A stretch of DNA of 64,000 bases, from the sequence record OR513085.1; one strand, written 5' to 3'. A model generated the notes under the pieces. That model did not search any database. It was not told where the DNA came from and saw only the letters and a program-made list of their open reading frames with translations. How positions within the stretch are numbered: position 1 is the stretch's first letter; each line of letters begins with the position of its first letter. This document shows positions 20,673 to 29,485 of this stretch, piece after piece. Made by a program: the position numbers and the translations under genes.

Positions 20673-21216
20673 CACAATAAAACATACAGTACTAAATTTT
20701 CACGAGCAGCCATTCGATGCTCGTATGCTTAATGAAGTTATTGACACAATAAATGCTACTGACCGCGGATACATCAAAATTATGATGTGCTCGGAAGGCG
20801 GTGAACTTTATGTAATGCAGGCATTACTTGACGTAATTGACCAATATCATGGTAGCGGCATATCAATTGAATTGATTGGCTATGGCGAACTTGATTCATC
20901 AGCATTTGAATTTTTCATTCGTGCAGATTGCTTTAAACGTTTACTTCCACATACACTAGGAATGTTTCATGCAGGTTCTATTTTGATGAACCGTAACGAC
21001 TATGGTAAAGCAGCGTATTCAAGCGGCAAGGCTATAGAGGACCGTGCCGAACAATATTATATGCCAGAAATTGAAAAATTAATGGCAGACTGCGAATTTA
21101 CTGTGGCTGAAGCTACTGCAATTCGTGAAGGTAATGATGTTTACTTCCAGCATGATAGATTCCAGGAAATCTTGGCTGCATATAACAACAATGTAAAATA
21201 CAAAGAAAATGTGTGA
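20665..21216 (+). CDS. ClpP-like serine protease subunit
   Basis: CSEGGEL, DSSAF (nucleophile Ser), LGMFH; likely start ATG 20665. Confidence 0.7.
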   Translation: MSNTIKHTVLNFHEQPFDARMLNEVIDTINATDRGYIKIMMCSEGGELYVMQALLDVIDQYHGSGISIELIGYGELDSSAFEFFIRADCFKRLLPHTLGMFHAGSILMNRNDYGKAAYSSGKAIEDRAEQYYMPEIEKLMADCEFTVAEATAIREGNDVYFQHDRFQEILAAYNNNVKYKENV

Positions 21217-21466
21217 TAAATGCAAAGAAGCCGGAACATTCCAGCATACAATAAAATTACAATACTTACCTAAGCAGGAGGTAGATTCTAACAATATTGA
21301 ATACTTACGCTCAATATTAGACGGCAACATTAAGCTTACAAATCCTGAATTCCGGGATCATGTATTGCGATTCGACGTTATTGAGCTTACATATGTTAGT
21401 TTTGAGTACACGCTACTAACCGGAGTTTTCAAAAAACTTTCAACAAAAACTTTCAAAAGGCCTTAA
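21209..21466 (+). CDS. hypothetical protein
   Basis: N-terminal CDKC; coupled to upstream gene. Confidence 0.55.
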   Translation: MCDKCKEAGTFQHTIKLQYLPKQEVDSNNIEYLRSILDGNIKLTNPEFRDHVLRFDVIELTYVSFEYTLLTGVFKKLSTKTFKRP

Positions 21467-21517
21467 CATTAGCCAACCAATTTGTACAGTATAAATATAC
21501 AACAATATTACATAACT

Positions 21518-21811
21518 ATGAAACAATTTTTTGTAAACGAAAGCAATTCACAATTTAAGCCTATAGAGCAGGTTAAAGTTGGCGATCTAGGCCACGAAAT
21601 TAATCAAAGTAAACTGCTAGAAATTACTGCAATTTACAATGGTTATGACGATTATCAGGCAAGAGCAGGTTATAAAACTAGAAGCTTCGTTTCTGCATGG
21701 ATAGCTGATGGTTGGATAAAGCCGACTGATACTATCATAGAAACTAAAAAGGACTATGCATTCGTATATGGTCCTAACGCAAAAGGAATTGGTTTCGTAG
21801 TTAACAAATAA
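21518..21811 (+). CDS. hypothetical protein
   Basis: ATG 21518 preceded by TATAAATA at 21490-21497. Confidence 0.65.
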   Translation: MKQFFVNESNSQFKPIEQVKVGDLGHEINQSKLLEITAIYNGYDDYQARAGYKTRSFVSAWIADGWIKPTDTIIETKKDYAFVYGPNAKGIGFVVNK

Positions 21812-21843
21812 CACTAAATTTTAAAAACTTTTCATATTTGCAA

Positions 21844-21880
21844 GCAACTTTCCAGGCTGCTTAGTATAATAAAAATCTAA
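21844..21880 (+). promoter_or_regulatory. second promoter class, copy 1
   Basis: 31/37 identical to 27153-27189; contains TATAAT. Confidence 0.6.
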
Positions 21881-21934
21881 TAAACAAATACATTTTTAAC
21901 ATTTTATTTTTAACTTTTTAATTTTTACAACATT

Positions 21935-22924
21935 ATGAGTACAGATCTTTTTAATTCAGTTTTCGATTTTGATGCATCTTCAATGACTACTTTTGAAACC
22001 GTTGCAGGTAACACGGTAGAAATGTTTAACCCAAAACCAGAAGGCGGTAAACAATACTTAGTTCAGGTTAGGTTACTTACTAACGTAAAATCTCCAAAGG
22101 ATTCAATCGTGCATAAAAAATTCTACTGGTTAGGTGATGCTGCCGGAAACTTCGGTTTTGATGCTGCAACTACAGTAGGAGGATTCTGTCCTGTTTCTAC
22201 AGCTTACTGGGCATTATTTAATTCAGAAATCCAAGCTGTTAAGGATTTATCCAATGGCCTAAGACAGCAGAAGTCTTACATCGTTTACATCCAAATTGTT
22301 AACGATACTTACAACGCTTCTAACAACGGAAAAATCTTACCTTGGAAAATCCCGGTTCCAGTTTACAAGAAAATCGAAGGATGGTTAAAGCCAACCGAGG
22401 ATGAAATTAAAGCTGGAATGACTGCTAAGCCACTTTTCAATCCTTTCATGTCATTCAATTTAATGCTGAAAGTAACTAACAAAGTGGTAGGAACTACTAC
22501 AATGAGAGACTATGAAGTTTCTTTAACTGACACTCAACTTCCAATGGCAATTGATGGAGTTCCATTAACTGACACTCCTGAAAACAGAACCAAATTCGTT
22601 GATTATCTAACAGAACATCAAACTGTCGATATCGTTGAAAGGTTCGGTTACAAAGAAGCTGATGATGCTACTAAAGGAAGAGTAAAAGCTATGCTTGGTA
22701 CTACTTACGGTCAACCTACAAACTACTGGCCAGAAATTTCTGCAGTAGCTGGACAAGCCCCGGCAGTAGAAACCGCAGCACCTACAATTGTTAATCCAAT
22801 TGCTGATCAGGTTAAAGTAGCTCAAGCTACAGTAATGACTCCTGAAGTTGTTCAACCTGCTCAAGTTTCTGACCCTGCAGATATCGCTTCAATGGTATCT
22901 TCAATCACTGGAGGAACTAACTAA
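21935..22924 (+). CDS. single-stranded DNA-binding protein (T4 gp32-like)
   Basis: CPV, YIQIVND...NNGKI..WK, FNPF, RDY motifs of gp32-like SSBs. Confidence 0.75.
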   Translation: MSTDLFNSVFDFDASSMTTFETVAGNTVEMFNPKPEGGKQYLVQVRLLTNVKSPKDSIVHKKFYWLGDAAGNFGFDAATTVGGFCPVSTAYWALFNSEIQAVKDLSNGLRQQKSYIVYIQIVNDTYNASNNGKILPWKIPVPVYKKIEGWLKPTEDEIKAGMTAKPLFNPFMSFNLMLKVTNKVVGTTTMRDYEVSLTDTQLPMAIDGVPLTDTPENRTKFVDYLTEHQTVDIVERFGYKEADDATKGRVKAMLGTTYGQPTNYWPEISAVAGQAPAVETAAPTIVNPIADQVKVAQATVMTPEVVQPAQVSDPADIASMVSSITGGTN

Positions 22925-22957
22925 AACAAAGGTTTCCAACCAACACAATGTAAACAG

Positions 22958-22989
22958 ATGCCAGGATTTTCTACAATCCTGGCATTTTT
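22958..22989 (+). terminator. intrinsic terminator
   Basis: ATGCCAGGATT-loop-AATCCTGGCATTTTT. Confidence 0.85.
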
Positions 22990-23015
22990 CGTTATACCGT
23001 AATAATAAATAACAC

Positions 23016-24773
23016 ATGAAAGTCAAATTTATTAACAACGATAAGTTTTTAGAGATAACCGAAGTTACGACTACTGCAGATGTTAAGTTATTAGAAAACG
23101 CGGCTTCTGCAATTCCTATGTACTGGAAAAACAAACGCCAAGTCAAAGGCGACCCTATATGTTACGTTAAGTCTGCAAATTTCAACAAATATATGCCAGC
23201 AGGTCTATGGAACCGTTTGCTAAAATTACAACAAGCCGGGCATAATATTCAGTTTGAAAACTTTATGCAACAGGACACTACTATAACAAAGGAATGGATT
23301 GACAAATTTATAGAGGACCTTGGCGCAATTTATACATTAGCAACTCACCAACTTAATGCAGTTTATACAGCTTTACGTTTTAGGCAAACTGCATGTGCTA
23401 TCGGAACGTCAGGAGGTAAAACATTCATAGCATTTGCATTAGCTTCCATACTACTACGGCAACATAATTATTCATCTGACAAAAAGTACTTAGTTATTGT
23501 GCCATCACAGCTACTTTGCATTCAAGGACATTCGGATTTTGCAGAATTTATGTCTACTATGGACGATCCGCATCTTAAAGTTCATATGATATTTTCAGGA
23601 GCTAAGAACACTCATAAGCTTGCAGAATCTAACGTAGTGTTTGCTACATACCAGTCACTAAGCAACATGACTATGCTTGATGGATTTTTTGACCAATTCC
23701 AATATGTTTATGTTGATGAAGCTCACAGATCAGTAGATGCAGTCAAAAACATTATGAAATACATGGACCACGTAGTATTCCGTAATGCATTTTCGGGGTC
23801 ATTTCCAGAATCGCATACAGTCGAAATGCTTAACATTGAGACATTCATAGGACCATTGCTTTATGAGTTCAAAACCGCTAAGCTTAGGGATGCCGGATTT
23901 ACTTCAGATTTTGCCATAGTTCCAGTTGAAATTATTCACAAGGCCGAAGATACCAGAGCATACTTTACTATGCTAAAGCAAAAGCTAGATTTGCAAAAAG
24001 AGTACAACAAAATGCAACCAGTCTTTGAGTATGTAGCACACCAAAAAGCTAAAATAGCTCAACCAGGCACACTTTATCCGCAAACTTTGGATGAAATGCT
24101 TAAAGGAATTAAGGATGACTCACTAAAATTTATTGACCAGGATTCCTACCAAGCATTAATTGTGCGTAGCAAGGAACTTATGGAACTTGATGCACACAAA
24201 GACATTAACCGTAGAATGCTTGAAGAGGAATATTTGTTTACTGCGCATAATCGTCATAAAGTACTAGCACACCTGGTTGGTTCGTTAGACAAAAATACAT
24301 TGATACTTTCACGTAGACGTAATGATGTTAAAGGTTTGTATGATGCTGGCGTTGAGTACGCACCGCATAAACAATGCCACTTAATTATGGGAGGAATTTC
24401 AAATGCTGACAAAATTTCGTCGATAAACGAAGTTAAGGAGGATGAAGATTTTTCTAGACATGCAGTTTATGGTAATGTTGACATGATTGGTACAGGTACT
24501 TCAATTAAATCGTTATTCTATGCACTTTTTGCAGGTATTGGAAAATCGCCATATACTGCAATACAAACAGTAGGCCGTATGATTCGTAAATTCCATGCAA
24601 AAACGAAGTCATTTGTTTTTGACAGTTTTGACACTTTGGAATGTGATGTGCCAGGCATACCAAGCGCATATAAACGCTCGTACTCTTCGGCTCACGCTAC
24701 AGCAAGACTACAAATATTTGCTGCAGAAGACTATGAAATTATGCATGACAAAAAGATAACTTTAAGGACATAA
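23016..24773 (+). CDS. uvsW: UvsW-like SF2 DNA helicase
   Basis: GTSGGKT, ATYQSL, VDEAH, GTGTSIK, QTVGRMIR. Confidence 0.85.
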   Translation: MKVKFINNDKFLEITEVTTTADVKLLENAASAIPMYWKNKRQVKGDPICYVKSANFNKYMPAGLWNRLLKLQQAGHNIQFENFMQQDTTITKEWIDKFIEDLGAIYTLATHQLNAVYTALRFRQTACAIGTSGGKTFIAFALASILLRQHNYSSDKKYLVIVPSQLLCIQGHSDFAEFMSTMDDPHLKVHMIFSGAKNTHKLAESNVVFATYQSLSNMTMLDGFFDQFQYVYVDEAHRSVDAVKNIMKYMDHVVFRNAFSGSFPESHTVEMLNIETFIGPLLYEFKTAKLRDAGFTSDFAIVPVEIIHKAEDTRAYFTMLKQKLDLQKEYNKMQPVFEYVAHQKAKIAQPGTLYPQTLDEMLKGIKDDSLKFIDQDSYQALIVRSKELMELDAHKDINRRMLEEEYLFTAHNRHKVLAHLVGSLDKNTLILSRRRNDVKGLYDAGVEYAPHKQCHLIMGGISNADKISSINEVKEDEDFSRHAVYGNVDMIGTGTSIKSLFYALFAGIGKSPYTAIQTVGRMIRKFHAKTKSFVFDSFDTLECDVPGIPSAYKRSYSSAHATARLQIFAAEDYEIMHDKKITLRT

Positions 24774-24779
24774 GCAACA

Positions 24780-24807
24780 CAAATGCGCGGCAATTGCCGC
24801 GCATTTG
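24780..24807 (+). terminator. terminator-like perfect palindrome
   Basis: CAAATGCGCGGCAATTGCCGCGCATTTG right after the uvsW stop. Confidence 0.7.
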
Positions 24808-24844
24808 TGTATTATAGCTTTATACAACATATAACTACAACGAC

Positions 24845-25279
24845 ATGTCAAAAGGACTTTTTGATAACTCATACAACAGCACCGAGCTTACGAAAATCAA
24901 CATAAATCCATATGAAGTTTTCGCAATTAAGGATGATGAGTTACACCACGTACGCCTAGAAGCCCAGGCTTTTATGCATGAAAGAAAATACGATGAGTAC
25001 ATTTTTATCAAATACACTCACAAAAAACAATTAAATGCTTTGGCTGCTAACAGAATTTTTGAAGAAGTTTCCAAAGAATTTGTAAAGACATTGTCACTAA
25101 TTGAAGTATTTGCAGTTATCACAAACTACTTTGAAATAAATGAAAAGGAATACTACGCACAACTTTCACCAAAATTCCAGGAGGATTTAAAGAATGCGCT
25201 AATAGAAACATCGACATTTAAACGTCGTGAAATGTTCTGTACTAAGGCAGATGACGACTACTACATGCCAGAACTATAA
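24845..25279 (+). CDS. hypothetical protein
   Basis: ORF with A/C-rich leader. Confidence 0.7.
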   Translation: MSKGLFDNSYNSTELTKININPYEVFAIKDDELHHVRLEAQAFMHERKYDEYIFIKYTHKKQLNALAANRIFEEVSKEFVKTLSLIEVFAVITNYFEINEKEYYAQLSPKFQEDLKNALIETSTFKRREMFCTKADDDYYMPEL

Positions 25280-25289
25280 AATTTATGTT

Positions 25290-25496
25290 ATGATAAAACG
25301 ACTAATAACTGCCATGTTTGGCAAAGCACCAGAACCGGAGGCTTTAAAGCCGCTAGAAATTAGACCTACTAAATTTAATAGTAAGGGCGTATGTACAAAA
25401 TTCGTTTTTGTAGTGCCTTGCAAGTATACTTCAATGAAACTACGAAAAATAAAAGATAACATAGGCGCTTACTTTGTAGGTGCAGGATATCACTAA
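25290..25496 (+). CDS. small hypothetical protein
   Basis: likely start ATG 25290. Confidence 0.5.
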   Translation: MIKRLITAMFGKAPEPEALKPLEIRPTKFNSKGVCTKFVFVVPCKYTSMKLRKIKDNIGAYFVGAGYH

Positions 25497-25498
25497 AC

Positions 25499-25536
25499 AA
25501 AAAAGCCTAGAACAACTTAATGTTCTAGGCTTTTTT
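25499..25536. terminator. bidirectional terminator
   Basis: A-run/AGCCTAGAACA...TGTTCTAGGCT/T-run between convergent genes. Confidence 0.85.
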
Positions 25537-25562
25537 GTTTGTTATAAGTATTATTGGCTTGC

Positions 25563-26474
25563 CTAACTAAATGGTTTGCCTGAATTAGCAAGGTCAATAT
25601 CTCGTACACGTACATGCTTGTCAATGTCTATACGTTTAGCATTTTCGTCATAATAGTATGTTCCGCCATCAACGTAGTATTCATCAGTGCCATCATTAAA
25701 TTGATTTGCTGAAGCTACAGTACCTAAATAATGCTGAATTAATTCGCCATCGCCAGGAGTCAGCGTACCAGGGTCAGTAGGATTAGTAATGCCACCATCT
25801 TCGTCATCATCTTTAGGGCCAGGTTTTGTTGGGTCGATTGTATGGTCAAGTATGTACTTAACTAGCTTGGCAGTCGAGAATGCATGATACGTCAATTCAA
25901 GTTGTATTGCAAAGTCAACTCTTAGTTCATTAGGGTCAGTACCGTAGTCAAACGTTTTGTTTATTCCTGATTGGAAATCTGGCGATTTTAGCACATAAGT
26001 TGCTGAGTATTGTATGCCTAAGCAAGTAAACATAAACGTTTGCGATAGTACTAGGTTGTCTATAATGTACTCAGTTAATGTCATAGCTTCAAGAGCGTTG
26101 GCTGCAAGAACCTGGCAATTGACTGTAGTTACTAACGTTCTAACATTTGAAACTAATGAAAACTTATGCGGAATGCCTGCCGACTTTAGGAAAATGTATG
26201 TGTTTGCTGGCGCTACATTTTGTCTGCCATCTACACTTAAATCGCCAAGGTCAACCATAATTTCATTTGTAGATAACGTTAAGTTTGGAGCAAATTCAAT
26301 TTGGTTTAGCAACGATTCGTAAAGACGTTTAGAGCCTGAGTTAATTATAGCTACTGGCATATGTAGTTGCATAGTTATTGCTTTCATAAAGCCTTCAATA
26401 CCAGTCTGTATTTGTTTTTTGTTGAAGAGTTGCTTAATGAACTCCTCGGATTGTTTCTTTGTAAATAATGCCAT
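25563..26474 (-). CDS. tail terminator/sheath stabilizer-like protein (T4 gp15-like, tentative)
   Basis: IMVDLGDLSVD...TVNCQVLAANALEAMTLTEYIIDNL pattern resembles the gp15 core; one of only two minus-strand genes. Confidence 0.45.
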   Translation of the reverse strand: MALFTKKQSEEFIKQLFNKKQIQTGIEGFMKAITMQLHMPVAIINSGSKRLYESLLNQIEFAPNLTLSTNEIMVDLGDLSVDGRQNVAPANTYIFLKSAGIPHKFSLVSNVRTLVTTVNCQVLAANALEAMTLTEYIIDNLVLSQTFMFTCLGIQYSATYVLKSPDFQSGINKTFDYGTDPNELRVDFAIQLELTYHAFSTAKLVKYILDHTIDPTKPGPKDDDEDGGITNPTDPGTLTPGDGELIQHYLGTVASANQFNDGTDEYYVDGGTYYYDENAKRIDIDKHVRVRDIDLANSGKPFS

Positions 26475-26564
26475 GTTGTTTAAACTTTTTGCAATTGTAT
26501 GTCGTTAGACATGCGTTTTCTACGTAGAAAACGTATATTAGCTTTAAATATTTATCACAATATT

Positions 26565-27146
26565 ATGGACTTGAACTTTTTAATAAACAATACTACTCTT
26601 GCTGATATTGAGTCTAACACGGAGCTTAAGGCTCCTTTTTGGAAGGCTCCAATATACGCAATAGAATATGGCATTCGTAAATACTTGGCAAAGAAAGTTA
26701 CTAAGCGTTACCTGGATGACATTGCTACTTATCCTGAACTTTATGACGCATTCATGATTCAGCAAAAAACTTGTATGTCTAAGGATGAAACATTTATGTT
26801 TATTTCTTACGAAGACAAAATTGGCGCGGATGTACGTGAACAGGCAGGAGGCCAGGAATTAATGCTACTTACAGATTCTTATTTTGCAGAGGCTATGCAA
26901 CCGCTTAACACAAAATACGATGCACTAACATCTTACATTCTTAACACTTTGGCACCATCATTTTGCATGGTCAACAGAACCAAAGTTACTTTTATTGTCC
27001 TTGAATCGCCACATCTTGCACATCTTATGGCAATATTGACTCATAAATGGAAAATAATAATTGGTTGCATATTTTACTTTTTTGCAACATCAATTTTATT
27101 TATGCTAATTGCATTTTTTATAACAATTTTTACAACTTTTTCATAG
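26565..27146 (+). CDS. protein with C-terminal membrane anchor
   Basis: hydrophobic C-terminus; likely start ATG 26565. Confidence 0.6.
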   Translation: MDLNFLINNTTLADIESNTELKAPFWKAPIYAIEYGIRKYLAKKVTKRYLDDIATYPELYDAFMIQQKTCMSKDETFMFISYEDKIGADVREQAGGQELMLLTDSYFAEAMQPLNTKYDALTSYILNTLAPSFCMVNRTKVTFIVLESPHLAHLMAILTHKWKIIIGCIFYFFATSILFMLIAFFITIFTTFS

Positions 27147-27152
27147 AAAGCC

Positions 27153-27189
27153 GCAACTATCCTGGCTACAGAGTATATTAAAAATCTAA
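27153..27189 (+). promoter_or_regulatory. second promoter class, copy 2
   Basis: 31/37 identical to 21844-21880. Confidence 0.6.
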
Positions 27190-27225
27190 TTTAAACAACA
27201 TTTAATTTTTATAAATTTCAATCAC

Positions 27226-27969
27226 ATGAGCAAAGAACAAACTAAAAGCGAAATTAACTTAGTAGAAACGCCACAATTGCAGGACTTCTCACAACTTCCT
27301 GAAAAATGCATTAACGTAGATGCACCACAATTATCATTCGAGGAACTCGATGCTATCGACCTTTTTGATCTTAACGGAATTTCCGATATCAAAAGACTAG
27401 AACAAATTGCAGATTCTGCTGCTACTGCTGCTGAAGTACTTATGGTACAAGGTAAAAAATCACAGCATGTCCTTGAATCGCCAATTAACGAAATTACAGT
27501 AACTTCTAAAGACATGGCTCAGTTACTGAGAAACGGGTCTTTCGATATCAATGCGCAAGTTGCCGGGTCAATCGTAATTGCTGAAGCTATCTTCACAAGA
27601 GTTTCAAAAGTAAAAGCACAATCAGATGCTACAATTTCTTACGATGAGTACAGACATATCTTAAATGCTATGGCTACACAATTCAGAGGAAATTCAAGAA
27701 CTGCTGCTACTTTGAATAACGTTTTTGCAGTATTCGGTTCAATTACTGAGTCTATTGCTGAAACTAACAAGAAAATCGAACTTTACCAAACTATGTATAG
27801 CGCATGTGCTGACATTAAAGGTGATATCGAAGAAGCTGCTAAACAAGCTGATGAAGCTGGAAAGCCTGCAATCGTTGAAGTTGACGAAAACTTTAAAGAA
27901 GTAGTTGCTGAGGAAAAACCTGCAAGGAAAGGTAAAGCTAAAGCTAAAGCTTCTGAAACAAAAGCATAA
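27226..27969 (+). CDS. helical protein with K/A-rich tail, probably highly expressed
   Basis: biased codons (GCT/ACT/AAA), own promoter and terminator. Confidence 0.75.
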   Translation: MSKEQTKSEINLVETPQLQDFSQLPEKCINVDAPQLSFEELDAIDLFDLNGISDIKRLEQIADSAATAAEVLMVQGKKSQHVLESPINEITVTSKDMAQLLRNGSFDINAQVAGSIVIAEAIFTRVSKVKAQSDATISYDEYRHILNAMATQFRGNSRTAATLNNVFAVFGSITESIAETNKKIELYQTMYSACADIKGDIEEAAKQADEAGKPAIVEVDENFKEVVAEEKPARKGKAKAKASETKA

Positions 27970-27990
27970 AAATCTTTGCTTCATATAACC

Positions 27991-28025
27991 AATGCCAAGA
28001 TCATTAATTTGATCTTGGCATTTTT
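27991..28025 (+). terminator. intrinsic terminator
   Basis: AATGCCAAGATCA-loop-TGATCTTGGCATTTTT. Confidence 0.85.
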
Positions 28026-28040
28026 GTTTTTACAAAGTAA

Positions 28041-28080
28041 TATGCAAGCATGCACAACTTACTAAAAGTTGTGTAAATAC
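28041..28080 (+). promoter_or_regulatory. conserved hairpin element copy 2
   Basis: TATGCAAGCATGCACAACTT-ACTAA-AAGTTGTGTA. Confidence 0.6.
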
Positions 28081-28101
28081 TAAAACAACAATAGACTAAT
28101 T

Positions 28102-28521
28102 ATGGCTAAAATAAATGGGCATGACGTAAGCCAGACAACTCACGCAATTTACGTTAACGATGAACAACCGGCTGACGCAAAAACTCGTGTAGCCACATAT
28201 GCTATATTTGACAATGAAATTCCTGCAAAAGCTAAATGGGATGGCATGCTTGTATTTGTACAAGCTATAGGCAAATGGCATCAATATGATAAACCTACAG
28301 ATACGTTAATTCCTTTTGGTGGTAGCGGATCATCTACGATTGTTATCGAAAACGGATTCCGACTTATTTGGAAATATCCTGGCAATACTAACAAGGATAT
28401 TTTGGAACCTAATGATGTTGTCGAAGGATTCTTGGAAGGAGTTTTTATAAAGGCAAGATTCATATCAGGCCCTGAAAACTTAAGGTCTTCTTATACTGAA
28501 TTGGAAACGTACACCCAATAG
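28102..28521 (+). CDS. hypothetical protein, possibly virion-associated
   Basis: monocistronic ORF between hairpin element and terminator. Confidence 0.65.
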   Translation: MAKINGHDVSQTTHAIYVNDEQPADAKTRVATYAIFDNEIPAKAKWDGMLVFVQAIGKWHQYDKPTDTLIPFGGSGSSTIVIENGFRLIWKYPGNTNKDILEPNDVVEGFLEGVFIKARFISGPENLRSSYTELETYTQ

Positions 28522-28553
28522 GGTGCTTGCTTCGCATATACTCAATAAAACAT

Positions 28554-28586
28554 AAAGCCTAGATTCTACAAAGAGTCTAGGCTTTT
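28554..28586 (+). terminator. intrinsic terminator
   Basis: AAAGCCTAGATTCT...AGAGTCTAGGCTTTT. Confidence 0.8.
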
Positions 28587-28704
28587 ATTTTGCTTTGTAG
28601 TTGCTAACGTAACGTTACAATTTGCAAAAGTTTTGCTAACGTAACGTACGCATAGCCTAACGTTAGGCTATGCTATAGCTAAAACTTTTGAAAAATAGTT
28701 GCAA

Positions 28705-28741
28705 AAATGTTTTAATATGTCGTAAAAAATGATTAAATTTA
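28705..28741 (+). promoter_or_regulatory. phage early-type promoter
   Basis: ATGTC-N12-TAAATTTA. Confidence 0.7.
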
Positions 28742-28767
28742 CATATAATTAAAAAAATCAAAATATC

Positions 28768-29154
28768 ATGACAAAATTATTCCAAGCAATCGAATCAGTA
28801 TATGTAACAGTAAATCACAAAGGCTTCCAATTCCAATTTAGTTACGATAACGCAAGTGGTATATACAACATGGTAGTCCTAGATGCAGTACAATATGTAG
28901 GCAATGTATTTGTTACTTTGGCTGAACTTAAGGAAGCTGGTAACTTTTCAAAATTTGCAGAGGCTATCGTAGATGACCAAAGAAACGATAATAGTTTTAC
29001 ATTGGTCAATGATGAAGGCGTTTTTGTAATTTTTCCAGAAAACGAACCAGATGAAGCTACTCAAACATATACAGGTTTTACTTGGGAAGAGGCTTTAGCT
29101 AAGCAGCAAACTCTTGACTATAAAACTACAATAACTTATGACATTAACCTTTAA
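28768..29154 (+). CDS. hypothetical early protein
   Basis: directly after promoter. Confidence 0.7.
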   Translation: MTKLFQAIESVYVTVNHKGFQFQFSYDNASGIYNMVVLDAVQYVGNVFVTLAELKEAGNFSKFAEAIVDDQRNDNSFTLVNDEGVFVIFPENEPDEATQTYTGFTWEEALAKQQTLDYKTTITYDINL

Positions 29155-29165
29155 AATTGTATGAC

Positions 29166-29423
29166 ATGAAGCTAACCGAACAAGGCCGAGAACTTTTAGA
29201 GTACGTGGCGCTATTAGGAATTATGTTAATTTTAGCAATTGCACTTTCATCAGCACTTAAATTTTACAAAGAAGCTGAAGCTAACCGAACATGCTTAACC
29301 GCCGGCAATAACCGAATTTTGTGTATGCTGAACACGTACAAAACATATGTTTTGTGTATTATAAGCATATTATGGCAAAACAAAAATATACATGGAAATT
29401 ATTGTTGGCTGATTTATGCATAG
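29166..29423 (+). CDS. small membrane protein
   Basis: N-terminal hydrophobic helix; likely start ATG 29166. Confidence 0.45.
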   Translation: MKLTEQGRELLEYVALLGIMLILAIALSSALKFYKEAEANRTCLTAGNNRILCMLNTYKTYVLCIISILWQNKNIHGNYCWLIYA

Positions 29424-29485
29424 CTGCAATACTTTTGGTACTTGGTTACTTTTTCGTACAACCTTTTATACCGCAAAACTAAACA

